Source: an uncultured Verrucomicrobiae bacterium (lineage in GTDB: Bacteria; Verrucomicrobiota; Verrucomicrobiia; Opitutales; JABDGR01). Taken from it: a stretch of DNA of 64,000 bases. The notes beneath the pieces were generated by a model. That model worked only from the letters and a program-made list of their open reading frames with translations. It had not been told where the DNA came from and made no database searches. Both the position numbers and the translations under genes were made by a program. Each line of letters starts with the position of its first letter. Position 1 is the stretch's first letter. Positions 42,300-54,069 of the stretch are shown in pieces. Location: positions 992,001 through 1,056,000 of the forward strand of contig CAVXVB010000009.1 of assembly GCA_963765205.1 (NCBI GenBank), read 5' to 3'.

Positions 42300-44426
42300 T
42301 TGTTCAAAGTTTACCAACCCTTTTTTAAGTATCTGCGTCCGCACCGAAGGGCGCTGATCCTGGCGACCCTCTGCGGCATCGTCGCGGGTTCCAGCAGCGG
42401 CATCGGCCTGCCCCTGCTCTTCAACAATGTGCTGGGCCGGGCCTTTGGCGCCAATGCAAACAGCGCCGCGCCGGTGGAAATCATGCTCGCCGACCAGGGC
42501 AAGGCGTTGCCAACGCCGCCCAGTTTGCCCACGATCAGCGAGGAGCAGGCCTTCAATGTCGGCACGCGCCTGTCCGGGCCATTGCTGGCGATTCCCGGCG
42601 TGGACAGCGTGAGCGTCATTCAGGAACCACCGCCCCCGGAACCGCCCTCGAGCTGGTTGCACCGCTTTTTGGCCAAGCTCGGCCGCCCATCCACCCCGGC
42701 CCCATCCTCCGGCAACTTCGCGCTGGAAATCAAATTCGACAGCCAGGCCGACGAGGACCAGGCGAATGTCTCCGATAGTATAAAAAAAACAATCGGCAAC
42801 GAAAACGTCCCGGTTGTCGTGACCGCTCTGCACGCCGGGCTGGGTGAGGTGATTTTGCTGGCCGCGCTCGTGCCCTTGATGTTCCTGGTGCGCGCGGCCT
42901 TCGGCTACGCGAGCGGCCTGTTGTCCACGCGCGTCGCCGTCGAATTCTCGCGCAGCATCCAGCAGGATGTCTTCGACCATTTGCAGGCGATGCCGATGGC
43001 GTTTTTTGACACACACCAGCGCGGCGACCTGCAAATGCGCCTCAACCGCGACACGATGCTCGTGCAATGGTCCATCCTCGACACCGCGCCCGATTTGCTG
43101 CGCCAGCCCTTCCAAGCCGTCTTCGCCCTCTCGGCCATCATCTGGCTTTCGATCGTCAACCACGAGATCGGCTTTGTCGTCGCCTTCCTCATTGTCGCGC
43201 CGGTGTGCCTGCTGCCCGTGCGCATCCTCGGGCGCAAGCTCCGCCGCCGCTCGCGCGAATGGACGGAGCATTCCTCGACCATCGCGCAGCACATCTGGGA
43301 AAATTTCAACGGCATCCATGAAATCCGCTCCTTCAGCCTCGAGGAGGCGCAGAAGCGCGGCTTCGAGGAGAAATTGCGCGCGATGCTCCACTCGCAATTC
43401 AAAATCAAAAAATACCTCCTGCTCCAGCAGCCGAGCATGGAGACGGTGGTCGCGCTGCTCATCAGCGGCATCTTCGTTTACGCCTGGGCGCGCGGGATTT
43501 CGTTCGCCACCTTCACGGCCTTTGGCATGGCGCTCTATTTCGCCTTCGACCCGATCAAGCGCATCGGCCAGATCCTCAATACCCTCCACCAGGCCAAGCC
43601 CAACCTCCAGCGCCTCCAGGATTTTTTTGCGATCCAGCCCGACATCCAGGACCCGCCCCATCCGAAGGTGCTCGACCGCGTGCGCGGCGAAATCACTTTC
43701 GACCACGTCGTCTTCGCCTACGGCGAAACGCCCGTGCTGCACGATGTGACGGTGACGATTCCCGCCGGCTGCAACTGCGCGCTCGTCGGCCACAGCGGCG
43801 CGGGCAAAAGCACCTTCGCCAAACTCATCCCGCGCTTTTACGAAGTGCGCCAGGGCCGCGTCACGCTCGATGGCGTGGACGTGCGTGACGTGCGCCAGGT
43901 GGACTTGCGCCGACACGTTGCGGTTGTGTCGCAACACCCGGTGCTCTTTGATTTGTCGCTCCTGGAAAACATCCGCCTCGGCCGCCCCGGCGCGAGCGAA
44001 GCGGAGGTGATCGAGGCCGCCCGGCGCGCCTATGCCGACAGTTTCATCCGTGGCTTTGCCGACGGTTACCAGACCCTCGCCGGCGACCGCGGCGACCGGC
44101 TCTCCGGCGGCCAAAAGCAGCGCCTCGCCCTGGCGCGCGCCTTTTTGAAGAACGCCCCCGTGCTCCTCCTCGACGAAGCCACGTCGGCCCTCGACATCGA
44201 AAGCGAAAAAGCCATCCAGACCGCGCTGGCCGACCTGATGCAAGGCCGCACCGTGATCTCCATTGCTCACCGCCTCAGCACCATTCGCAGCGCGAAATTG
44301 ATTCTCGTCTTTGACCAGGGCCGCCTCGCCGCGCAAGGCTCCCACGCCGAGTTGATGCAAACCAGCCCCCTCTACCAAAACCTCGTGCAGCAGCAAACCC
44401 TCGGCGGCGAAATTCTCCCGGCCTGA
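42300..44426 (+). CDS. ABC exporter, MsbA-like (TMD + NBD)
   Basis: GHSGAGKST, LSGGQKQR, LLDEATSALD, IAHRLST; lies in an LPS gene neighbourhood. Confidence 0.9.
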   Translation: MFKVYQPFFKYLRPHRRALILATLCGIVAGSSSGIGLPLLFNNVLGRAFGANANSAAPVEIMLADQGKALPTPPSLPTISEEQAFNVGTRLSGPLLAIPGVDSVSVIQEPPPPEPPSSWLHRFLAKLGRPSTPAPSSGNFALEIKFDSQADEDQANVSDSIKKTIGNENVPVVVTALHAGLGEVILLAALVPLMFLVRAAFGYASGLLSTRVAVEFSRSIQQDVFDHLQAMPMAFFDTHQRGDLQMRLNRDTMLVQWSILDTAPDLLRQPFQAVFALSAIIWLSIVNHEIGFVVAFLIVAPVCLLPVRILGRKLRRRSREWTEHSSTIAQHIWENFNGIHEIRSFSLEEAQKRGFEEKLRAMLHSQFKIKKYLLLQQPSMETVVALLISGIFVYAWARGISFATFTAFGMALYFAFDPIKRIGQILNTLHQAKPNLQRLQDFFAIQPDIQDPPHPKVLDRVRGEITFDHVVFAYGETPVLHDVTVTIPAGCNCALVGHSGAGKSTFAKLIPRFYEVRQGRVTLDGVDVRDVRQVDLRRHVAVVSQHPVLFDLSLLENIRLGRPGASEAEVIEAARRAYADSFIRGFADGYQTLAGDRGDRLSGGQKQRLALARAFLKNAPVLLLDEATSALDIESEKAIQTALADLMQGRTVISIAHRLSTIRSAKLILVFDQGRLAAQGSHAELMQTSPLYQNLVQQQTLGGEILPA

Positions 44427-44459
44427 AATTCTTAACGACGCGCGCGATGGTTTTGAAAG

Positions 44460-44534
<75 letters not shown>

Positions 44535-44649
44535 GCGGTTGGAACCGCCACTCCGCCATCACCCCAGCCGAAGCCGGCGACGGCGGAAGGTTCAGCATAA
44601 AAAACCCCGCCCGCCCTTGGCAAGCGGAAAGCGGCCTGCCTGCTGGTTG

Positions 44650-44717
44650 TTGCTCTGTAGAAAACTGCATTTCCTCGATGCCTGACAGGGGACCTTCGGG
44701 TGTTTTCTACGGAGCAA
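44650..44717. repeat. 68-bp element with 16-bp inverted ends (mini-MITE or hairpin)
   Basis: TTGCTCTGTAGAAAAC ... GTTTTCTACGGAGCAA (1 mismatch). Confidence 0.6.
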
Positions 44718-44834
44718 AATCGAGTAATAACTGTCCACGCTTCGAATCGGTCGAGAATCTCTGGCAAACCAATGCTTGCCGAGTCACGTATAAATCGGAA
44801 AGCTTAACCACAGTTCTGACCTTAAACTCCATTT

Positions 44835-45587
44835 ATGTCATCGTGGAAAAATAAATTCGCTGTTATCACGGTCTTATTTTTGACGTTAACGTCTCTGGCT
44901 GACGTGACGACGGAGGCAGCCCACACTGTTGACCTGCGCCAAGACAATAATCTGAAAGCATTTTTTGATGGAGGTTTAAGGCCATGGCGTTTGCCCGGCT
45001 TGGAAAATTACACTTGCGTCCTAATGAACGAAGATTTTCGAATTCTTTTGCCCGGCAATACAAGCGTTCGTTTGCAGCCTGAAATGGTACAGATTTCCGT
45101 ACTGGCGAAAAACGAAATCGATAGGATAGATATTACATATCACACAAAGCCTCGATTAGAAGCTGACAAAGATATGAAGCAAATATGCCACGATTTACAA
45201 CTCCCCACAGATGGATCAAATAATATTACTGGCAGGGATCGAGATGGTGATTGGGGTGCGATCAAAGTAATCAATGATCGCCTATCTGTTCATGTTGGAC
45301 TTCAAACTGCACCAACTTTAACCGTCAACAATGCCATGCTCTGGGTGGTCATCGAATGGAAATATCCAGATGCATCAATGAAGTTTTTGACTGGGCCAAT
45401 TCAACCGCCACCTGGCTACGAAAATGTTTCCATGGATGAACCTGCGCGTGTTTCGCGACTACCAATTCCTTTGAGCAGGATTGTGTTGGTTGAAGTATTA
45501 CTAGGATTCCTGGCAATTCTTTTGGGCGGCGTGATTATCTACGCGCGCAGTAAAAAAAAATTTGAGCACACCGACAAGCTTGTATAA
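44835..45587 (+). CDS. Hypothetical exported protein with C-terminal TM anchor, AT-rich
   Basis: Signal peptide, PIQPPPGYENVSM, C-terminal TM plus KKK. Confidence 0.65.
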   Translation: MSSWKNKFAVITVLFLTLTSLADVTTEAAHTVDLRQDNNLKAFFDGGLRPWRLPGLENYTCVLMNEDFRILLPGNTSVRLQPEMVQISVLAKNEIDRIDITYHTKPRLEADKDMKQICHDLQLPTDGSNNITGRDRDGDWGAIKVINDRLSVHVGLQTAPTLTVNNAMLWVVIEWKYPDASMKFLTGPIQPPPGYENVSMDEPARVSRLPIPLSRIVLVEVLLGFLAILLGGVIIYARSKKKFEHTDKLV

Positions 45588-45707
45588 AATAGGTCTGAGC
45601 GCTAATCTTGTCAGCAACACATCTAGACGCTTACATTACCCAACGCACAAGCAACCGTCTCGATTTGGCGGCATTGGACCGCAGTCTCCACTACCAACTT
45701 CCTGAAC

Positions 45708-46142
45708 ATGAAAACCACCCTTCAATTCCTGGCTCTCGCGGCCAGCTCCTTGATTGTAGCCGGCTGTGTGGCCAACCCGCCGCAGCCCGCCGCCCATGCG
45801 GGTGCGCCGCTCGTTTATTTTGAAGTCGCGGGGCCGGATGGCCCGCGGCTCAAGGATTTTTATACCACCGTGTTCGGCTGGAATATTGATGCCAATTCCA
45901 CCATCGCCGCCGCGTCCACCGGCGGCCTCCGGGGCGGCATCCGGCAAGACCCGCCGGAAAAGATTTTCTATATCGGCGTGCCGGATGTCACGGCGGCGTT
46001 GAAGCAGATCGAGGCCGCGGGCGGGCACATGGTCACCCCGCGCACGGTGGTGCCCGGCGTTGTCACCTTTGCGCTCTTCACCGACCCCGCCGGTAATCGC
46101 CTCGGTCTGGCGGAATTCGGCAGCTACCCCGCCAATCCTTAG
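45708..46142 (+). CDS. VOC/glyoxalase family lipoprotein
   Basis: Lipobox VAGC; YFEV, FYTTVFGW, FTDPAGNRLGL. Confidence 0.85.
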   Translation: MKTTLQFLALAASSLIVAGCVANPPQPAAHAGAPLVYFEVAGPDGPRLKDFYTTVFGWNIDANSTIAAASTGGLRGGIRQDPPEKIFYIGVPDVTAALKQIEAAGGHMVTPRTVVPGVVTFALFTDPAGNRLGLAEFGSYPANP

Positions 46143-46218
46143 CTTAAACCTGCGGCTTTAAAGCCACTTTTTGCCATCTGGGCAATGAACACAGGTTGAC
46201 TTTGAGCGCGGACCGCTT

Positions 46219-46557
46219 CTACGGGCTGGTCGCCACCGGCGGCGCGGGCTGGGTCGGGTCGGCGCCAATGGGTTGGGTCGAATCGGCGGCTTTGGGCGGG
46301 GTCGAATTTGGATTCTTGGGCAACGGCGCATCCGGATTGAACACCTGCACCTGTTGGTGGAACTGGTCCGGCGTCAAATCGCCATTGAGGTAATGCTGGT
46401 CCATGAGCTGCTCGCCCAGGGCGGCATTATCATCGGTGTGTTGCGCATTGTAATAGGCTTCGTTAAAGGCGTCGCAACCCGCCAGCCACAGCGACACGGC
46501 GAGCAACGCGACCGCCCACCGCCGGCGGCCTTGCGTTGTTGAAAATGAATTGTTCAT
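46219..46557 (-). CDS. Small hypothetical lipoprotein
   Basis: Lipobox LAGC; Pro-rich tail. Confidence 0.65.
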   Translation of the reverse strand: MNNSFSTTQGRRRWAVALLAVSLWLAGCDAFNEAYYNAQHTDDNAALGEQLMDQHYLNGDLTPDQFHQQVQVFNPDAPLPKNPNSTPPKAADSTQPIGADPTQPAPPVATSP

Positions 46558-46575
46558 AAGAAATAGGATTATAAA

Positions 46576-47403
46576 TCAAGGCAGCCAGGGATAGCGGCGG
46601 AAGTTCGGTGGGCGTTTTTCCAGAAACGCGCGTTGGCCCTCCGCGCCCTCCTCTGTGAGGTAATAGAGCAACGTCGCGTTCCCCGCAAGCTCTTGCAAGC
46701 CCGCCTGGCCGTCCACGTCCGCATTGAAGGCGGACTTGAGACAGCGGATCGCCAGCGGGCTTTTCGCCAGGATTTCCTGCGCCCATTGCACGCCTTCCGC
46801 TTCCAGTTGCGCAACCGGCACGACCTTGTTCACCAAACCCATGTCCCGCGCCTCGGCGGCGTTATATTGGCGGCATAGATACCACAGCTCGCGCGCCTTT
46901 TTCTGCCCGACAATGCGCGCCAGGTAGCTCGCGCCGAATCCGCCGTCAAAACTCCCGACCTTCGGGCCGGTCTGGCCAAAAACCGCGTTGTCCGCCGCAA
47001 TAGTCAGGTCGCAAATCACCTGCAAAACATGCCCGCCGCCGATGGCGTAGCCCGCCACCAGCGCGATGACCACCTTGGGCATCGAGCGGATCAGCCGCTG
47101 CAAATCGAGCACGTTGAGCCGCGGCGTCCCGCGCTTATCCACATACCCCGCCGGGCCGCGCACGCTCTGGTCGCCCCCGGAGCAAAAAGCGTATTGCCCA
47201 TCCGTGTGCGGCCCCGCGCCCGTCAGCAGCACGACGCCGATGGCCGGGTCCTCGCGCGCGTCAATGAAGGCGTCCACCATCTCGAACACCGTCTCGGGCC
47301 GGAACGCATTGCGCTTGTGCGGCCGGTTGATCGTCACTTTGGCGACGCCGTCGCACTTGTGGTAGAGGATATCCTCGTAGTCGCGGACTGTTTGCCAGTT
47401 CAT
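46576..47403 (-). CDS. menB: 1,4-dihydroxy-2-naphthoyl-CoA synthase
   Basis: [38 protein letters not shown]. Confidence 0.97.
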   Translation of the reverse strand: MNWQTVRDYEDILYHKCDGVAKVTINRPHKRNAFRPETVFEMVDAFIDAREDPAIGVVLLTGAGPHTDGQYAFCSGGDQSVRGPAGYVDKRGTPRLNVLDLQRLIRSMPKVVIALVAGYAIGGGHVLQVICDLTIAADNAVFGQTGPKVGSFDGGFGASYLARIVGQKKARELWYLCRQYNAAEARDMGLVNKVVPVAQLEAEGVQWAQEILAKSPLAIRCLKSAFNADVDGQAGLQELAGNATLLYYLTEEGAEGQRAFLEKRPPNFRRYPWLP

Positions 47404-47486
47404 GGAGGAGGGAGGTTTACCGCGAAGACGCAAAGGGCGCAAAGATGTTTTCTATAAAACCATCGAGCCGCGCAAACACAACATTA

Positions 47487-49238
47487 TCATATACCGTTAA
47501 AGTGCTGGGCCATGGCCGCGCGGAACGCCGCGTCGCGCTTGCGGTTCGTGCGCAATTCAATGAGGCGCACGCCGCTTTTGGGCAGCGGCAGCAGCCCGCG
47601 CTCGAATTCCCGCCAATTCTTCGGGCGCTGATAGTCAAAATTATAAAGCGCCGCGAGCTTTTTGAAGTCCACCCCTTGCGGCGTAGCGAAGAAACGTTCG
47701 AAGGGCGGGTCGAATTGCGCGATCGGCAGGTGCTCGAAAATCCCGCCGCCGTCGTTGTTGACGCACACGATGGTCAGGCTCGCCCCCGGCGGCAACTCGC
47801 GTGCCGCCAGCAAACCGTTCTGGTCGTGCAGCAGCGCCAGGTCGCCGGTGTAGAGCACGGTCGGTTTTCCCGTCGCGTGCGCCATGCCCAGCGCCGTCGA
47901 GGCCGTGCCGTCAATCCCGTTCGCGCCGCGGTTAAAATACAAATGCTGTCCGCGGCCCGCCTCCCAGAAAAATTCGCAATCGCGCACCGGCATCGAGCTG
48001 GCCACGAACACCGGCGTCGCCTCCGGCAACTTGCGCGACAACACCCACGCCGCCTTGCCCTCGAAGAGCGGCTCCAGCGCGGCGAAACGCTGCGCCACCG
48101 CGTCGGCCGCCGCGCCCTCCCGCTGCCGCCAGCGCGCCCGGTAAGCCTTATCCGCCGCCGGCGGTTTCGCGTCCGCCGTGCTCAACTGCGCCAGCGACCC
48201 GCGCCAGTAATGCGCCCCGCGATGCAGCGGGTCCACATTGTCCGGCCCGTCGTGGATAATCAGCGTCGGCGCGTGCCACTGTCCCAGCCACGCGCGCAAC
48301 ACCTTGCTCGTCGGGAGCGGCCCCAGTTGGATCACTGCTTCCGGAGGGAGATTCGCCGAATGTTTTGGCGAACGCAAAATTAAATCGTAATGACCGATGA
48401 TTTGCGACGCCAGCTCAGGCGCATGGCGCAGCGGACTGAGCGCGTCCGCCAGAATCGGCCAGCCGCGCCGCTTTGCACACCCCGCGAGTTGTTTGACATA
48501 CCTTTCGCGGTCCGCCGGTTGCGCCGGCCCGGCGATAATAACCCCCGCTTTCGCAGACAACACCTCTCTCGCCGCGGAGGAAAAACCCGCCGCCGTCCCT
48601 TCGCCTTGCCCCACCTCCTGCTCCACCCCGCTCAATATGCTTTGCAAATCCACCCGCGCCGGCGCGGTGAAACCCGCCTGCGCCACCGGCGCCAATGGTT
48701 CACGAAACGGAAAATTCAAATGCACCGGCCCCGGCCAAGGCTGATGCGCGCGCGCCCACGCCTGCACCAGCGTCTGCCGCAAATACCGTAAAAGCTCGAG
48801 CCGGTTCTCCGGCAGCGCGACCTCATGCTGCCAGCGCGGGTAGTGGCCGTAAATTTTCGTCTGGTCAATCGCCTGCCCCGCCGCGCAATCGCGCAATTCC
48901 GGCGGCCGGTCAGCCGTGAGCACCAATAAAGGAACCCCGCCCAAGCTCGCCTCGATCACCGCCGGGAAGAAATTCGCCGCTGCCGTGCCCGACGTGCAAA
49001 CCAGCGCCACCGCGCGCCCCGACGCCCGCGCCAGCCCCAGCGCGTAAAACGCCGCCGACCGCTCATCCAGCACGGAAATCGCCGCCCACCCCTCCTGCCG
49101 CGCCAGCCCCCACACCAGTGGCGCCGACCGCGACCCCGGCGCAATCACCGCGTGCCGCACCCCCAGGCGCGACAATGTCCCAGCCACAATTTCCCCCCAA
49201 AGGCAGTTAACGTTCGGGATGGACGAGATGGTAAGCAT
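47487..49238 (-). CDS. menD: SEPHCHC synthase
   Basis: APGSRSAPL, DERSAAFYALG, CTSGTAAAN, TADRP, NRGANGIDG, GDLALLHD, NNDGGGIF. Confidence 0.96.
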   Translation of the reverse strand: MLTISSIPNVNCLWGEIVAGTLSRLGVRHAVIAPGSRSAPLVWGLARQEGWAAISVLDERSAAFYALGLARASGRAVALVCTSGTAAANFFPAVIEASLGGVPLLVLTADRPPELRDCAAGQAIDQTKIYGHYPRWQHEVALPENRLELLRYLRQTLVQAWARAHQPWPGPVHLNFPFREPLAPVAQAGFTAPARVDLQSILSGVEQEVGQGEGTAAGFSSAAREVLSAKAGVIIAGPAQPADRERYVKQLAGCAKRRGWPILADALSPLRHAPELASQIIGHYDLILRSPKHSANLPPEAVIQLGPLPTSKVLRAWLGQWHAPTLIIHDGPDNVDPLHRGAHYWRGSLAQLSTADAKPPAADKAYRARWRQREGAAADAVAQRFAALEPLFEGKAAWVLSRKLPEATPVFVASSMPVRDCEFFWEAGRGQHLYFNRGANGIDGTASTALGMAHATGKPTVLYTGDLALLHDQNGLLAARELPPGASLTIVCVNNDGGGIFEHLPIAQFDPPFERFFATPQGVDFKKLAALYNFDYQRPKNWREFERGLLPLPKSGVRLIELRTNRKRDAAFRAAMAQHFNGI

Positions 49239-49380
49239 GGGGTATCTGCAAATATAGGTCACATTTAGGCCGAATAAGCAAAGAAATTTATATCGGGAGG
49301 GGTTGCCGGTTTCAGGTTGGAAGTTACAGGTTGGAATACCCAGTCTGAATTCTTTTGGGACTTGAGGATGCAAGGTTTTC

Positions 49381-49534
49381 GTCCCGGAGAGCGCGGGTGT
49401 CCCGCCCGCCGTCCTCGGTGTCCCGCCGAGGACATCTTCGCAATTCGGAGATGCGTCCAGCTTTGCCGGTTTATGCCGAAAGCGGTCGGCGAGACGCCGA
49501 CCGCAGCGACCGGGACGGTCGCGCTCCCCGGGAC
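49381..49534. repeat. Composite palindromic REP/REPIN-like element
   Basis: Outer IR GTCCCGGAGAGCGCG / CGCGCTCCCCGGGAC plus four internal hairpins (gcgggtgtcccgcccgc, gtcctcgg..ccgaggac, gtcggcg..cgccgac, gcgacc..ggtcgc). Confidence 0.7.
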
Positions 49535-49912
49535 TGAAGAAATGCGCCGATTGCGCCTATACCCTCCATGGCAATATCGTTTAAATTCATTTGATAAATA
49601 GTATTACAAGGCACCACCCTCCTTTTTGTTGCGACGAAACCCGCCGTGCCAAACAAAATCACTTCCGCCCTGCACCTTGATCAAAAACTTCGGCCGTTTT
49701 TTCAAAATCTTAGGTAATGAGGTAAAGCCTGACCCCATCTTGGCCCAGGACGCCGCCCATTGGTTTGCCCACTGCGGCTATAGTTTTATCTAAAACGCTC
49801 TAGCGTAAGAATCTTATTCGGTGGTGTATTCATGCAACGGTCAACGTATAGGTCCAAGCCCTGACGTCGACCGCCTCATGTCATCTTGCTTGGCCTCTCC
49901 TATTTTGGCCCC

Positions 49913-52900
49913 TCACGGAGCGGACACATGGGAACCGCTCGTCAAAACTCCTTCAAGGTTACTATCTCCTAACGTATCATCATTCCCGCTGCTATTTGGA
50001 TTTGGGGGGGTATGTAGAATACCAACAACACCGCCTACACCGGTATCAGTACCTATTCCAATGGAAAACGGACTACTTATAACAGGATTGGCAACACCTA
50101 ATTGACCTGGATTAAATCCTCCCGTAAGAGCGTTAAAAAATATTTCCATGTTAAGACTTTCAATTTGGGCAGGATAATAGACTCCATTTTCGACAATCCC
50201 AGGAGGGCTATCTAAAATTATTGGCCCAACATAACTGGCAGGAACATAAGTTGTATAATTTTGTAAATCGAGGGCAAATTGCCTTTCATTCTGAGTGTAA
50301 TAAGTAAAAAATGTGGTGAAAGGTAAGACGAAATGAATATTGGTCGTGTAGCTAAAACCATAGTATGCTGAATAATATGTCCAATAAGTAATCGTGCCAT
50401 CCCAGGTTAACGTGCCGGTAGCTGTTAAGTTCGCCACATCAACCGACTGCAAATCCAGTGTCCAAGTTCCATTATTTGCCGTAGACTGTAACAATGGAAA
50501 CTGGTTATATCCTAATTCGTCGTCAATAACATTATCATTTGCTGTGCTTGTCCAAGTGCCGCTCCATTCGCCGAGCAAATTATTGGCCAATTCCTGCTCG
50601 GTGTAAACATTGATGGAGACGGGTATCTTGACGTAGTTGGAGGCGCCCGGCGTATAGACATTGGCTAACAGAGTGGCATTTTCAAAGACGTAATCATCAT
50701 TGACGAATTGCGACTGGATGCTCACGGAAACCGAGGCCGATTCCCCCGCGTTGAGCGAACCGCCAATTGCACCGGTGCTTCCGTCGAGACTGAGGTAGCC
50801 GTCATTCTGCACGGTGTAATTCATCACGCTGCCGACCGGGCCGACGTTCGCGATGGTAAAGGTTTGCGCCGTATCATCCGGCAGCACGAGGTTGAGGGTG
50901 ATCGGGTAAATTTGCACGATGGGCGCGCCCCGACCGTGATGCACGAAGGTCAAGGTAATGGTGACAGTGGAAACATTGCCGTTTTGATCCGTGGCTTGCA
51001 GCGTAATCGTGTAAACCCCGGTGACATTGGTTATCCCCGTGATTTCGCCCGTCGTGGTGTTCAAACTCAGCCCCGGCGGCAGCGTGGAGCCGGACGCCAA
51101 GGACCAGGTTATGCCGCTGCCCAATCCCGAGGGCGGGGGCGGCGTATAAGAGTAATTGACCCCGATGACTCCGAGGGTCGGCTCGCCGGAACCGGACGCG
51201 GGCACGACCGGCGCCGGCGAAACGACGACGTGCATAAAGGCGGGCGTATTGCCGGTGAGCGGGTAGCTGGCGGTGATCTCGTTGCCGTCGGATTGCAGTG
51301 TCACGTCATCTGTGCTCCAGTTGACCAAATCCGTGCTCGCCTCGACCGTGTAGGCGATGTCGCTCTGGAGGGCGGTGAAGGTCAGCGTCAGTTGGCCATC
51401 CACGACGGTGGGTTGCGGCAAATCGGCCCGCCGTTCACCCAGGGGCTGAGATCAAACGCATATTTCATCAGATTGGGAATGCCGTCGCCCGCCGGGCTGG
51501 CCGTGGGGCCGGAGATGGCCTCATTCCCGAGTTGCTCGGTCGTAAAATAGGTCTGCCCCCAAGTCGTCGAGGGCAGGGTGTTAATGGTCAGTGTGGAAAT
51601 ATTCGAGATAACCGTGCTCACGGAATTGGTCACCAGACACTGGAACTGGCAGCCGGACAAATCGGCGGTGGCGTCGTCCACTTCGAGCGTCGCGGTGGCC
51701 GAGCCGCCGTAGGTGGCGTTGTCGCTCAGGTTGCTCCAGGTGTTGCCGGCATCCGTCGAGATTTGCCACTGGTAGGTGGGCGCGGGCACCCCGCTCGCCG
51801 CAAGCGAGAAATTGCCGCTTTGCCCCACCAAGAGCGTGAGGTTTTGCGGCGGCGCGGTGAAGGCGGGCGCGGTGGGCACGGGCTGCGTAAAATCGGCCAC
51901 CTGGCTCGCGCCGTTGACCACCACCTGCTGCGGCGCCGGGTTGTCATCATCGGGCGTGGACACGCTCACCTGCCAACTGCCGTTGGCGACGCCCAGGGCG
52001 TAAAGGCCGTTGCTGCCCGTGTAGGCGGTGACGGAATAGGTCACGCCGTTGCTGGTGAGGCTGGCCGTGACGGAGGCCGAGGCAACCGGGTCGTCGTGCT
52101 CGTCCAGCACCAGGCCGGAGATTTGCTCGTTCGCCTCCAGCACCGGAATGGTGATGTTGGTGATGTTCACGCCGTCCGTGACCGGGTAGGAAAAAGTCGT
52201 CGTGGGAAAAATCATATTTGGGTCATTGCTGCTCAAATAGAGCGTCCAATTCCCGCCGATGACCCCGAGGTGGAAGGTCCCGTTGGCCGCGCTGGTGGTT
52301 TGGACGTAATCGTAGTTTTCGTCCTCCGCGCCGATGGTCACGCCGGCCACCGGGCTGCCGTTGTCCGTCACCACGCCCAGCAGCGCCGTGGTGGTGGGCA
52401 CCGTGAAATTGGCCGTCTGATTCGCCCCGTTGACCACGATATTTTGCGCCAGGGGGTTGACGCCGCTTTCCGTGGACACGCTGACCTGCCAGGCGCCGTT
52501 GGCCACCCCGAGCGAGTAATTGCCGTCGCTGACCGTGGCGCCATCCACAGTAATGTAGCCCGTGTCGCCGCTGACGGTGTAAGTGTTCCCATTGAGGGTG
52601 GCCGTGGCCGTTATCCCCGCATTGGTGGCCAGCGGCTGGCCGTCGGCGTCAAAGATGGCGCCGGAAATTTGCTCAGTCGCCTCGAGCACTGGAATGGCGA
52701 TGTTGGTAATGTTCGCGCCGTCCGTCACCGTGTAGGAATAGGTCGTGGTGGGAAAAATCACCTGCGAGTTGTTGCTGCCGAAATACAGCGTCCAATCCCC
52801 GCCGATGACCCCCAGGTTGAACGTGCCATTGGCGGCGCTGGTCGCCGCCACATAATCGTCGTTTTCGTCATACCCGCTGATGGTCACGCCCGCCACCGGG

Positions 52901-54069
52901 CTGCCATTGTCCGTCACCGCGCCCTCCAAATAAGTGGTGAATGGCACCGTGAAATTGGCTGTCTGATTCTCCCCGTTAACCACGACATTTTGCGCCAGGG
53001 GGTTCACACCGCTTTGCGTGGTCACGCCGACCTGCCAGGCGCCGTTGGCGACCCCGAGCGAGTAATTGCCCGCGCTGCCCGCGGACCCGCTGACGGAATA
53101 AGTGATGTTGTTGACGGTGGCATTGGCCGTCACGTAGGGCTGCGTGATGATGGGCTGGTTCAACGGGTCCACGATGTTGCCGGAGATTTGCGCGGTGGCT
53201 TCCAGCACCGGGATGGAGATGTTGGTGATGTTCACGCCGTCCGTAACCGCATAGGAAAAAGTCGAAGTGGGGAGAATCACCTCCGAATCATAGTCGTAGA
53301 AATACAGCGTCCAATTTCCGGCGATCACCCCCAGGCTGAACGTGCCATCCGCCCCGCTGGTGATGGAGACATAATCGTTGTTTTCGTCATAGGCGCCAAT
53401 GGTCACGCCCGCCACGGGGGCGCCGTTGTCCGTCACCGTGCCGTTGAGATACGCGGTGACGGGCACCGTGAAATTGGCCGTCTGATTCGCGCCGTTGACC
53501 ACGATACTCTGCGCATTGGGCTGGATGTAACCGGACGGGGACACGCTGACCTCCCAAGTGCCGTTGGCCACCCCCAGCGAGTAGTTCCCCTGGCTGTTGG
53601 TGACGCCGCCGACCGTATAATCGCCGCCGTTGAGATAGATGCTGGCCGTCACCGGGGCTGCGGGGATCGCCTGGCTGTTGGAGCCTACGACCGAGCCGGA
53701 GATTTGTTCGCTGGCCGTCAGCGCCACGGCGGCGATGTTGGTGATATTTTCGCCGTTCGTGACATCGTAATTAAAACTGGGGAAAATCAGGCTCGTGTTG
53801 CTGCAGCTGAAATTAAGCGTCCAATACTCGCTAATGACCCCGAGACTGAACGTGCCATTGGCGCCGCTGACCGTCTGGACCTGGTCGTTATTTTCGTCCT
53901 CGGCGCTGACCGTCACGCCGGCCACCGGGCTGCCGTTGTTGGTCACCGTGCCCTGGAGATACGCGGTCGGCGTCAACGCCTGGGCCAACCCGCGAACGGG
54001 CAACAACGCGGCCAAACCCGTGATGATCCAGAAAAGCAGAGCGCGGCAACGATGCATGGTGGCGAGCAT
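49913..54069 (-). CDS. Large secreted repeat protein (4 tandem carboxypeptidase-regulatory/CnaB-like units, Ig-like and putative-Ig domains); apparent frameshift near 51425
   Basis: Signal peptide; four repeats of G.VT.NG.PVAGVT; PAPTYQWQ Ig motif; GDGIPNLMKYAFDLSP continues as LPQPTVVDGQLTLTF in ORF 49913..51421; LPPGLSLNTTTGEITG. Confidence 0.8.
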
